This document shows positions 10,224 through 19,050 of a stretch of DNA of 64,000 nucleotides, one piece after another (position 1 is the first letter of the stretch; every line of letters starts with the position of its first letter). The translations under genes were made by a program, and so were the position numbers. The notes below the pieces were generated by a model that saw only the letters and a program-made list of their open reading frames with translations, searched no databases and was not told the origin of the DNA. Source of the DNA: a bacterium (GTDB taxonomy: Bacteria; Patescibacteriota; Patescibacteriia; Patescibacteriales; JAKAJF01); assembly GCA_021788015.1 (NCBI GenBank), contig JAJYLD010000001.1, positions 209,581 through 273,580 on the forward strand, in the 5' to 3' direction.

Positions 10224-11000
10224 ATGAATTTAAGTATTGTAGTTGTAAATTATAAAAGCAGAGATCAGATAGAAAGATGCTTGGCTCACGTTAAAAATTC
10301 CGATTTAAAAGGAATTGAATCGGAAATTTTTCTTATTGATAACGCTTCCGGAGATAATTTGGAAAATATTTTAAAAGCCAATCCGGAGATTAAATTTATT
10401 AAAAGCGACAAGAATCTTGGTATGGGCGGCGGAAATAATTTGGGTATTCGCCATTCAAGAGGGGAATTTGTTTTAATTCTCAACCCCGACACCTATCCGC
10501 AACCCGATGCGATTAAGACGCTTTATAATTATATAAAAGGGCGTTCCGAAATCGGCATAATTGGTCCTAAATTACTTAATTCTGACGGAACTTTGCAATA
10601 CTCTTGCATGCATTTCCCAAAGTTTTATATGCCTTTATTGCGTCGAACGTTTCTGGGACGATATGCGCGAGGGTCGGTTAATCATTTTTTAATGGCGGAT
10701 TACGACCATAATTCCGTAAGAGACGTCGATTGGCTCATGGGTTCGAGTTTGTTTATCAGACGCTCGGCTCTAGAAAAAATTGGCGGAGGGTTTGATGAAA
10801 AATTTTTTATGTACTTTGAGGATACGGATTTATGCCGCAGGATGCATGAGGCCGGCTATAAGGTAATTTACCTTCCCGCAGCGATAGTTATTCATGATCA
10901 TGCCCGTCAGAGCGCAAAGGAGCCTTGGTATTACGCGCTTTTTACAAATAAATTGGCGCGGGAGCATCTCAAATCTTGGTTTAAATATTTTTTAACCTAA
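10224..11000 (+). CDS. Glycosyltransferase family 2, paralog 4 of 4
   Basis: Motifs SIVVVNYKS, LIDNASGD, NLGMGGGNN, ILNPDT and YFEDTDLCRRM. Confidence 0.8.
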   Translation: MNLSIVVVNYKSRDQIERCLAHVKNSDLKGIESEIFLIDNASGDNLENILKANPEIKFIKSDKNLGMGGGNNLGIRHSRGEFVLILNPDTYPQPDAIKTLYNYIKGRSEIGIIGPKLLNSDGTLQYSCMHFPKFYMPLLRRTFLGRYARGSVNHFLMADYDHNSVRDVDWLMGSSLFIRRSALEKIGGGFDEKFFMYFEDTDLCRRMHEAGYKVIYLPAAIVIHDHARQSAKEPWYYALFTNKLAREHLKSWFKYFLT

Positions 11001-11036
11001 TTCGCGGTTTTATATCGGCGGATCGGTTTTACATTT

Positions 11037-11900
11037 ATGCAAAAAATTAAAAAAGCGATTGTGGCGGTGGCCGGGTCGGGAACGCGGCTTCTGCCGGCGA
11101 CAAAATCGATGCCCAAGGAAATGCTGCCGATTGTCGACAAGCCCATTATTCAATTGGTTGTCGAAGAGTTGGTGGCCGGAGGAATCGAAGATATTATTTT
11201 GGTCACAAAATGGGACAAGAAACCGCTCGAAGACCATTTTGACAACAGCTTGGCTTTGGCCAACGAATTGAAGAGCGCGGGCAAAGATCATCTTGCCGAA
11301 GAAATCAAAAAGATTTCCGAGATGGCCAACTTTATCTATGTTCGTCAGAAAGGCCCGTACGGAAACGGGACGCCGGTGTTGTCCGCGGCCAGTTTGATAA
11401 AAAACGAGCCGTTTGTTTTCGCCTTCGGCGACGATTTGGTTAAATCAAAAGTTTCTTTTACGAAGCAAATGATAGATGATTACGAAAAAAACGACAGTCC
11501 GATGATTGCGGTCCAGGAAGTGCCCCTTGAAGTGGTGAACAGATACGGAATAGTAAAACTTCGCGACAATACCATGGAAGTTGAAGATATAATCGAGAAA
11601 CCGACTGTCGAAGAAGCGCCGTCGAGACTTGCCGATTTTGGGCGCATGATTTTAAATCAGGAAATCGTCGATATTCTGAAGTCTACTGCTTTAGGCAAGG
11701 GAAATGAACTTTGGATTGTCGATGCCATCAGAACTTACGTGAAAAACGGCGGCAAATTTTTGGCAAAAGCCGTGGAGGGCGGCGAATGGCTTACTACCGG
11801 AGACCCTTTGAACTACATAAAAACGATTTTAAAATACGCTGCCGAGAGGGAAGATATGAATGGAGAACTGAAAAAAATTGCGAAAGAGTTGTTAAAATAA
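11037..11900 (+). CDS. galU: UTP--glucose-1-phosphate uridylyltransferase
   Basis: KAIVAVAGSGTRLLPATKSMPKEMLPIVDKPIIQ is the canonical GalU N-terminus, and 287 aa is the expected length. Confidence 0.9.
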   Translation: MQKIKKAIVAVAGSGTRLLPATKSMPKEMLPIVDKPIIQLVVEELVAGGIEDIILVTKWDKKPLEDHFDNSLALANELKSAGKDHLAEEIKKISEMANFIYVRQKGPYGNGTPVLSAASLIKNEPFVFAFGDDLVKSKVSFTKQMIDDYEKNDSPMIAVQEVPLEVVNRYGIVKLRDNTMEVEDIIEKPTVEEAPSRLADFGRMILNQEIVDILKSTALGKGNELWIVDAIRTYVKNGGKFLAKAVEGGEWLTTGDPLNYIKTILKYAAEREDMNGELKKIAKELLK

Positions 11901-11960
11901 CGCTTAGTCTCCGTCCCTAAACCCCGAGGCGGTTTTAAAACGAAAAAATTAAAGTATTTT

Positions 11961-11989
11961 AAAAGAGTCCGTAAATCGAGGACTCTTTT
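11961..11989. terminator. Bidirectional intrinsic terminator between convergent genes
   Basis: AAAAGAGTCC (11961-11970), a 9-nt loop, then GGACTCTTTT (11980-11989), with A and T runs on either side. Confidence 0.75.
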
Positions 11990-12005
11990 AAAATTTAAAA
12001 TCGGT

Positions 12006-13367
12006 TTATTGCAGCATCAGTTTATACAAAGCCTCTTTATTTCCGATTTTTCCTTCAAAATAAACCGAGCCGCTGTCACTATTGAAAAACGGAACGGAAA
12101 TTTTATCGAGTTTAACGAGTTCCAAAGTGTTTCTTTTGTCGCGGTCGTCCAATTCCAGGGAATTTACGGAGTTGTCCGTTGTGTAAAAAATATAGTTATT
12201 GCTCGGATGCCAAAAAACGGATATGATGGGCGTACTGACGCGAGTAAAGAGATTTTGGGCTTGGCTGTTTTTGTCATAAAGCCAAATCTCGAAATCATTG
12301 AAGTACAGCAATCTGTTGTTATCAATCCAAATCGCGTTTTTCACATTGTGAATTTCGTCTTGCAACGCAAAATTATTTAGAGGATCGACCAAATAAAGCG
12401 TTTCGAGATCGGGGTTATACAAATTTATGAGGCTATTTTCGGGATTGATGAATTTATAATGCGAAAATTTAAGCAGAGGGGAACCGGAGACAAGCTTGCC
12501 GCCGCTGTAAATATTAAATTTTACGTTATTTCCATTCTGAACAATGACGTAAGCGACGCCGTTTTTAATCAAGTAGTCTTGAAGATTTTGGAAAAGCAGC
12601 AGCTCTTTTTTTTGCAGGCTGTTCAAATCGAGACTCGTGATTATCATTTTTTTATTTTTGGGATTGATGAAATAAATGACATTGGAATCGCTTAAATCCC
12701 ATTTTAAAGCGGCCGCTTGCGGATTGATTAAAATATTCAAATCGGTGGTTTTACCCGAATCCAAATCATATATATAGTGGCCAGCCATAATTTTTCTTGA
12801 ATCGGGAGACCAGAGAAAGGAATTGATTTTGGGATCTATATTTATTTTTTGAATTTCATCGTTTGCGGTCGAAAGTAAATCGATTTCCTCGCCGTTTTTA
12901 TTGAAAACCATGTGATTTTTATCGGGAGACATGGACAAGCCCTTGATTGTTCCGGTCGTAATTTCAATCGGTAAGTTGTCGCGAAAAAGATAAATATTTT
13001 CGGCGAACGTCGACTCCCCCGGATTTATTTTTAATTTTTTTTCCCAGGGCCAGTAACCGTCTTCTTCTATTTTTACGTCATATTCGCCGGGAACGAGATC
13101 TTTTATTTTTGCCGGAGTGGTTATAAAACCGTTTCCGCCCCCAAAGAATGGATTAAAAAATTGCCTCTGCGGAATGTTATTTATGTAGATTTTCGCTCCT
13201 TCCGGGTTGGAATCCAAAACCAACATGCCGGTTTTTTGGATAAAAAAGGGGCCGGTCAGACTAAAACTGATTTTATATCCGGCCGCGGAAGAAATAATAA
13301 GGGGAGTTATGATTAAAAAAGCCAAGATGAAAATGATGTATAGAAATCGTCTGAAACGCAAAGTCAT
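12006..13367 (-). CDS. Membrane-anchored PEGA-domain protein with a probable beta-propeller C-terminal region
   Basis: N-terminal TM (FLYIIFILAFLIITPLII) and a PEGA motif (SNPEGAKIYINN). The long C-terminal part has TolB/WD40-like periodicity (WSPDS, FWHPSNNYIFYTT). Confidence 0.6.
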   Translation of the reverse strand: MTLRFRRFLYIIFILAFLIITPLIISSAAGYKISFSLTGPFFIQKTGMLVLDSNPEGAKIYINNIPQRQFFNPFFGGGNGFITTPAKIKDLVPGEYDVKIEEDGYWPWEKKLKINPGESTFAENIYLFRDNLPIEITTGTIKGLSMSPDKNHMVFNKNGEEIDLLSTANDEIQKINIDPKINSFLWSPDSRKIMAGHYIYDLDSGKTTDLNILINPQAAALKWDLSDSNVIYFINPKNKKMIITSLDLNSLQKKELLLFQNLQDYLIKNGVAYVIVQNGNNVKFNIYSGGKLVSGSPLLKFSHYKFINPENSLINLYNPDLETLYLVDPLNNFALQDEIHNVKNAIWIDNNRLLYFNDFEIWLYDKNSQAQNLFTRVSTPIISVFWHPSNNYIFYTTDNSVNSLELDDRDKRNTLELVKLDKISVPFFNSDSGSVYFEGKIGNKEALYKLMLQ

Positions 13368-13517
13368 ATAAATTTGTTACATGGTTAATCGGTTAAAACT
13401 TTTACATAATCCAAATCTGCAAATATCCGAATTCGCGTATCTCATATCTAAACCGCGTATCGCTTTAATTCAGATACAATGCGCGATACGAGATATGAGA
13501 AAAATTATTTCGCTTAT

Positions 13518-14789
13518 TTATAAGTTTAAAGTGCCTATCCGTTTTATATCGGCTCCCAGAGCGCGCAGCCGGCCGTCGATGTTTTCATACCCGCGATCGA
13601 TTTGGTAGATGTTGTCGATTTCGGTTTCGCCGCGTGCGATGAGGGCCGCGATAATTATGGCTATGCCGGCGCGCAGATCGGGACTGGTTAATTTTTTGCC
13701 GTAAAGAGTCGTCGGTCCGTTCACAACTATGCGATGGGGATCGCACATAATTATATCCGCGCCCATTTGCGAAAGCATGTCGGAGAAAAGAAGTCGCCGG
13801 TCCCAAATAACTTCATGGATCAAGGACGCTCCTTGAGCTTGAGTCATTAGAACCGTGTAGGGCGACTGCAAATCGGTGGGGAATCCGGGATATTCATGAG
13901 TTCGAATATTGTATGATCGGAAATTCCGCGATGGAATAATTTTAAGCCAGTCATTTCCTTTTTCAAATTCGATTCCTTGTTTTTTGAAGATATTAAGAAG
14001 CGATTCGATATGTCCGGGATTGCATTTCGTGATTTTTATTTCCGATTTTGTCGCCGCGGCCATTATGGCAAAAGTGCCGGTTTCGATTCTGTCTGGTATT
14101 ATTTCAAACTCTCCCGCGTTAACGCTCTCCACCCCTTCGATTGTAATCGTCGGCGTGCCCGCTCCTTTTATTTTTGCTCCTTGCGCGTTAAGATAATCGG
14201 CCAGGGCTTCGATTTCCGGCTCCATGGCGCAGTTTTTCAGAACTGTCGTGCCCGAGGCCAAAACGGCGGTCATCATCAAGGCTTCCGTTCCGGTAACGCT
14301 TACGGTTGTAAAAAAATATTCGCAAGCTTTTAATTTTTTCGCTTTCAGTTCATAGAATCCGTCACTCCAGTTTATCTCCGCTCCCATAGCTTTGAATCCT
14401 TCAAGAAATAGATCGATCGGCCTCGCGCCGGCTCCGATGACGCAGCCGCCCGGATGGGGGAATTTCACTTCGCCCGTTCTCGCGAGTAGCGGACCGACGA
14501 ACATGACGGACGCGCGCAGTTTATTCGCGAATTTAGGATTTAAAATGTTTGTTTTAAAATTTTCAATTTGAATCTCGCAGGAGTCTTTTTCTCTTTTGAC
14601 CGTTCCGCCCAGGTCTTCCATAAGTTCCATCGATCTCGAAACATCTTCAATGTTGGGCAAATTTTTAATTTTAATTTTCTCTTTCGACAAAATGGCCGCG
14701 GGGATAATTTTTAACGCGGCGTTTTTCGCGCCCTTGACTTCTATTTCTCCATGTAATTTCGCTTGGCCTTGAATTATGAATTTTGACAT
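13518..14789 (-). CDS. murA: UDP-N-acetylglucosamine 1-carboxyvinyltransferase
   Basis: MSKFIIQGQAKLHGEIEVKGAKNAALKIIPAA, with GGCVIGARPIDL around the active-site Cys. The 423-aa length fits. Confidence 0.95.
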   Translation of the reverse strand: MSKFIIQGQAKLHGEIEVKGAKNAALKIIPAAILSKEKIKIKNLPNIEDVSRSMELMEDLGGTVKREKDSCEIQIENFKTNILNPKFANKLRASVMFVGPLLARTGEVKFPHPGGCVIGAGARPIDLFLEGFKAMGAEINWSDGFYELKAKKLKACEYFFTTVSVTGTEALMMTAVLASGTTVLKNCAMEPEIEALADYLNAQGAKIKGAGTPTITIEGVESVNAGEFEIIPDRIETGTFAIMAAATKSEIKITKCNPGHIESLLNIFKKQGIEFEKGNDWLKIIPSRNFRSYNIRTHEYPGFPTDLQSPYTVLMTQAQGASLIHEVIWDRRLLFSDMLSQMGADIIMCDPHRIVVNGPTTLYGKKLTSPDLRAGIAIIIAALIARGETEIDNIYQIDRGYENIDGRLRALGADIKRIGTLNL

Positions 14790-14874
14790 AAAATAAAAAT
14801 AAAATGGATTTTTCGACCGAATCTGACTTTAGCATACCCTAAAAAACCAATATTTTCAATAGTTTGGGTTTTAT

Positions 14875-14903
14875 TTGTCATGACACACGAAATATGATAA
14901 AAT
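14875..14903 (+). promoter_or_regulatory. Sigma-70-type promoter upstream of SCAIR copy A
   Basis: TTGTCA (14875-14880), a 17-nt spacer ending in TGa, then TAAAAT (14898-14903). Confidence 0.5.
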
Positions 14904-14925
14904 AAAACATAATTGTGATCAAATT

Positions 14926-15247
14926 ATGGATCCCGTTGGAAGCCGCGATCGCGCTTCCGGGGGGAGAATAAGAATAACCAAGAGAATCTAAAGATATAAT
15001 TTAGGCGGCTATGCAATATATCTTTTTGATCGCGATCCCGACACCGCAAGTCCTATCGGATTCGGCCACGGGACAAGTTCTGCCGCACAAAATTTATTAT
15101 TAACCACGTCTCGCCCCGTAGTCACCGAATTTACGAGGCGTACCCCGTTAGAAATCTTTGGGATAAACCAAAGTAGAAATTTTTTCAAGGACATATCAGT
15201 CCGGATGGAACTTCTAACGGGGTGTACTACAGGGGCATTCTAACGGG
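14926..15247 (+). repeat. SCAIR element, long form, copy A (carries a nested small copy)
   Basis: The left arm is ATGGAT-CCCGTTGGAAGC (14926-14943) and the right arm CATTCTAACGGG ends at 15247, before ATG 15248. The core from TTGATCGCGATCCCGA onward aligns with 49522-49665 and 54048-54188. Confidence 0.8.
15143..15222 (+). repeat. Nested mini-SCAIR inserted in the core of copy A
   Basis: CCCCGTTAGAA (15143-15153) is complementary to TTCTAACGGGG (15212-15222). It interrupts GAGG-TGTA-CTAC, which is contiguous in copies B and C, and is flanked by CGTA on the left and TGTA on the right. Confidence 0.7.
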
Positions 15248-16501
15248 ATGGATAATGAAACAAAAAAATTTGGGAAACCGATCATAAGGACGATTATCAT
15301 AATCGTTCTTATGTTATTGAGTTTCGGCGCGGGACTTTATCTTCCGGGGAAAAGCGAAGTAATGCGCAATCTGTCCGCGAACGAGGCGGAATACGCCGGC
15401 AAAGTTTTAGGCCAATACGGCTTGCCGCCTGGCGGAACGATTTCCAACGATGTCAATTTCAACATGTTTTGGGATGTTTGGGACGCTCTAAAAAGCAAGT
15501 ACGTCGACCATAATAAATTAAGCGACAAGGAGATGTTTTATGGCGCTTTAAAGGGGTTGGCGGAGTCGACGGGAGATCCCTATACAGTTTTTATGGACCC
15601 CAAAGACGCCCAGAGTTTTTCAAATGATTTGGCCGGGACTTTTGAAGGCATCGGAGCCGAAATTGGAATCAAAAACAATATTTTAACCGTTGTTTCTCCT
15701 CTTGCCGGGTCGCCCGCGGACAAGGCGGGTCTTAAAGCGGGAGATAAGATTTACGCCATTAACGACGTTTCGACGGCCGGCATTTCCGTGGACGACGCGG
15801 TAGCGGAAATTCGCGGCCAGAAAGGCACGACGGTAAAATTAACCGTAATTCGCGAAGGCGTGGACAAACCCATGGATTTTGAAATTACCCGGAATACGAT
15901 TATCGTAAAGAGCGTTGATACGAAAATGGATAAGGGAATTTTTGTCATAACCATAAACAGTTTTAATGACGATACCCAGGATTTATTCGATAAAGCCGTG
16001 GAAGACGCCGTAAAAGCGAAACCGAAGGGAATCATTCTTGATTTAAGGAATAACCCGGGCGGGTACTTGGAAACTGCCATTGACGTGGCCAGCGCCTGGA
16101 TAAAAAATGGAGTCATCGTGACAGAAAAATTTTCCGACACGAAAAAGACGGATTTTCAAGCCAAGGGCGTGGCTCCTTTGGACGGTTATAAAACGGTCGT
16201 TCTTGTCAATCAGGGCAGCGCCTCCGCGTCGGAAATCGTCGCCGGAGCGTTAAAAGACGACGGCAAGGCAACTCTGGTCGGAGAAAAAACTTTCGGCAAA
16301 GGTTCTGTCCAGGATTTGGAAGATTTGCCGGACGGTTCGGAATTGAAAATAACCGTGGCGAAATGGCTGACTCCGAAAGGATACAACATCAATGAACAGG
16401 GGATAGAACCTGACGTCAAAGTGGACTTAACGCAAAAAGATTACGACGCGGGCAAAGATCCGCAAATGGACAAAGCGATTCAAATCATTAACCAAAAATA
16501 A
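15248..16501 (+). CDS. S41 family C-terminal processing peptidase
   Basis: N-terminal TM, a PDZ region (GIGAEIGIKNNILTVVSPLAGSPADKAGLKAGDKI), LDLRNNPGG, and the catalytic GSASASEI ... KTFGKGSVQ. Confidence 0.9.
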   Translation: MDNETKKFGKPIIRTIIIIVLMLLSFGAGLYLPGKSEVMRNLSANEAEYAGKVLGQYGLPPGGTISNDVNFNMFWDVWDALKSKYVDHNKLSDKEMFYGALKGLAESTGDPYTVFMDPKDAQSFSNDLAGTFEGIGAEIGIKNNILTVVSPLAGSPADKAGLKAGDKIYAINDVSTAGISVDDAVAEIRGQKGTTVKLTVIREGVDKPMDFEITRNTIIVKSVDTKMDKGIFVITINSFNDDTQDLFDKAVEDAVKAKPKGIILDLRNNPGGYLETAIDVASAWIKNGVIVTEKFSDTKKTDFQAKGVAPLDGYKTVVLVNQGSASASEIVAGALKDDGKATLVGEKTFGKGSVQDLEDLPDGSELKITVAKWLTPKGYNINEQGIEPDVKVDLTQKDYDAGKDPQMDKAIQIINQK

Positions 16502-16513
16502 AAAAAGCGTTGG

Positions 16514-16840
16514 TTACGCTTTAGGAAAATTTTTGTCGGCGCAGATTTTTTTAAGAGAAGCATTGATTTTTCGTTGTCTGTATCCGTGCCTTAGAGACGA
16601 GGTAATCATTATAATTATCATTGTAGAAAGAGCGAAGAGCATCCCCCATGCCAGTTGTTGGCGCAGGAAAGGTCTTAGGAAAATCATGTCCGTGGAGACG
16701 AAAATAAGTATGGAGACGGGCCAGAGCAAGACGAGGAAGCAGAACAAGGCCTTTCTTTTAAGAATAAAGTCCAGCAAGTCTTTTAAAAGATACGCCAATA
16801 AACCCAGTGTAACAATTGCGAAATCACAGATTTTTTTCAT
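16514..16840 (-). CDS. Hypothetical small membrane protein
   Basis: 108-aa ORF with three hydrophobic segments, occupying the gap between convergent and divergent neighbours. No family recognised. Confidence 0.4.
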   Translation of the reverse strand: MKKICDFAIVTLGLLAYLLKDLLDFILKRKALFCFLVLLWPVSILIFVSTDMIFLRPFLRQQLAWGMLFALSTMIIIMITSSLRHGYRQRKINASLKKICADKNFPKA

Positions 16841-16890
16841 TTAAGACCCCCTTTGTTTTAAGCATAAAAAAACATTTTAATATAGTCAAT

Positions 16891-18621
16891 ATGCCAAAAT
16901 CCCCAGCCAAAAAAAGAAAAAAAATCTCCACTAAATTTATTTTTGTCGTCGGCGGCGTCATGTCCGGCGTCGGCAAAGGCGTTACCACCGCTTCCATCGC
17001 GCGAATTTTGACAAGCAAAGGCTACAAGGTAAGCGCGATCAAAATGGATCCTTATATTAATGTCGATGCCGGGACCATGAATCCCATCGAGCATGGCGAA
17101 GTGTTTGTGACGGAAGACGGAGATGAAACCGATCAGGATATCGGCAATTATGAGAGGTTTTTGAATGAAAATATCTACCGCGAAAATTACATGACGACCG
17201 GCAGGGTTTACCAAAACGTAATTCAGCGGGAGAGAAATCTTGAGTATGAAGGCAAATGTGTAGAGGTCGTGCCGCACATACCCATGGAAATACGAGATAG
17301 AATCAATAAAGCGGTAAAAAAGACCGGCGCGGAAATTATGATCATTGAAATCGGCGGAACCGTCGGGGAATACCAAAATTTATTGTTTCTCGAAGCGGCT
17401 CGCATGATGAAACTTTATCATCCCGAAGACGTCTTGTTCGTAATGGTCAGTTATTTGCCCATTCCGGCCAAAGTGGGGGAGATGAAAACAAAGCCCACTC
17501 AGCATGCCATACGTTCTTTAAATTCGGCCGGAATTCAGCCGGATTTTATCGTCGCCAGATCCGTGGTCGGAGTCGATGAGCCGCGAAGAAAAAAAATTGC
17601 CATTAATTGCAATATTAACAGGGAAGACGTGATTTCCGCTCCCGATGTGAAATCGATTTACGAAATTCCGATAAATTTTGAAAAAGACAATTTGGGAAAC
17701 AGAATCTTGGAAAAATTCGGACTTAAGCCGAAGAAAAAAGATTTGGTGGATTGGCGAAAGATGGTGGCAAAAATGAACAATTCGAAAAATGAAGTTACAA
17801 TCGGTATTGTCGGCAAATATTTCTCAACCGGTGATTTCACTTTATCCGACTCCTATATTTCCGTTATCGAGGCTTTAAAGCACGCCGGGATGGCCAATCG
17901 GACAAAAGTAAATATGAAATGGATTAACACGGAAGAAGTGGAAAAAAACGGAACATCCCTTCTTAGAAAATACGACGGTGTAATCGTACCTCAGGGCTGG
18001 GGTTCGCGAGGCAGCGAAGGCAAAATTAAAACCATCGAATACTGCCGAAAAAACAAAGTGCCGTATTTCGGCCTCTGTTACGGCATGCAGATGGCCGTAA
18101 TCGAGTTCGCGAGAAATGTTTTAAAATTCGACAGGGCCAATTCCGAAGAAGTCGATCCGAAAACACCTTATCCGGTTATCCATATCATGCCTGGGCAAAA
18201 AGAATTGATAGCGAAAAAACAATACGGCGGAACGATTCGTTTGGGCGGATGGCCGTGCAAAATCATTCCAAAAACCCATCTCTCCAGAGCTTACAAAAAA
18301 TTCGGAAAAGAAGGAATTGTTTCCGAGCGCCATAGACATAGATACGAATTCAATAATAAATACCGCGAAAATTATGAAAAAGCCGGTTTGAAAATTTGCG
18401 GAACCTCTCCGGATGGAAAAATCGTCGAAGCGGTTGAAATCAAGGACCATCCTTTCTTTATTGGAACGCAATTTCATCCGGAATATATCTCCCGTCCGCT
18501 TAATCCGCATCCTCTGTTCGTGGAATTCGTAAAAGTTTGCGGGAATTTGAAAAAGAAAAGCAAGGGTGGATTTATGGTCCCGAAAGCAAAATTTATATCT
18601 GAACCACTGAAGATTAAATAA
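16891..18621 (+). CDS. pyrG: CTP synthase
   Basis: FIFVVGGVMSGVGKGVTTASIA, and a glutamine amidotransferase half with GLCYGMQ and the H-P-E motif in QFHPEY. The ATG at 16891 is preferred over the alternative-codon start at 16816. It has Lys-rich N- and C-terminal extensions. Confidence 0.95.
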   Translation: MPKSPAKKRKKISTKFIFVVGGVMSGVGKGVTTASIARILTSKGYKVSAIKMDPYINVDAGTMNPIEHGEVFVTEDGDETDQDIGNYERFLNENIYRENYMTTGRVYQNVIQRERNLEYEGKCVEVVPHIPMEIRDRINKAVKKTGAEIMIIEIGGTVGEYQNLLFLEAARMMKLYHPEDVLFVMVSYLPIPAKVGEMKTKPTQHAIRSLNSAGIQPDFIVARSVVGVDEPRRKKIAINCNINREDVISAPDVKSIYEIPINFEKDNLGNRILEKFGLKPKKKDLVDWRKMVAKMNNSKNEVTIGIVGKYFSTGDFTLSDSYISVIEALKHAGMANRTKVNMKWINTEEVEKNGTSLLRKYDGVIVPQGWGSRGSEGKIKTIEYCRKNKVPYFGLCYGMQMAVIEFARNVLKFDRANSEEVDPKTPYPVIHIMPGQKELIAKKQYGGTIRLGGWPCKIIPKTHLSRAYKKFGKEGIVSERHRHRYEFNNKYRENYEKAGLKICGTSPDGKIVEAVEIKDHPFFIGTQFHPEYISRPLNPHPLFVEFVKVCGNLKKKSKGGFMVPKAKFISEPLKIK

Positions 18622-18626
18622 AAGTT

Positions 18627-18998
18627 ATGTCATCTGAAAAATTTCAAGATTGGTTGAAACATTTGGGCGAAGCATGGTCCAATCTTGATGCTGAAAGCGC
18701 CGCAAATCTTTTTTCCAAAGACGTTGAGTATTATGAATCCGCTTTGGCGAATCCATGTGAAAATTGGGATAAAGTGTATGAATTATGGAAAGTCATCCCA
18801 ATCAATCAAAAAGAAGTAAATTTTGATTTCAACATACTCGCCACTTCGGATAATTTATGTGTTGCGAATTGGCGGATTAAAAGAACTTTGCTTCCGCAAA
18901 ATACGAAGCAAAAAATCGACGGTATTTTTGTATTTAAACTAAACGAAAATGGTCTGTGCAATTATTTCAAGCAATGGAGAACGGTCGAAATATACTAA
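18627..18998 (+). CDS. NTF2/SnoaL-like fold protein (hypothetical)
   Basis: 123 aa. The N-terminal W..L..AW...DAESAANLFSKDVEYYES pattern is typical of SnoaL-like/DUF4440 proteins. Confidence 0.5.
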   Translation: MSSEKFQDWLKHLGEAWSNLDAESAANLFSKDVEYYESALANPCENWDKVYELWKVIPINQKEVNFDFNILATSDNLCVANWRIKRTLLPQNTKQKIDGIFVFKLNENGLCNYFKQWRTVEIY

Positions 18999-19050
18999 TT
19001 GAAAAAAGGAGGAGCAAATGGACGCTCTTTGATATTTTGTTAAAAGAATT

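Noticed and set aside
16858-17376. 172-aa minus-strand ORF, plus 18121-18510 minus, within pyrG
   Set aside because: They are antisense to a canonical CTP synthase, with no start signals and no recognisable family.
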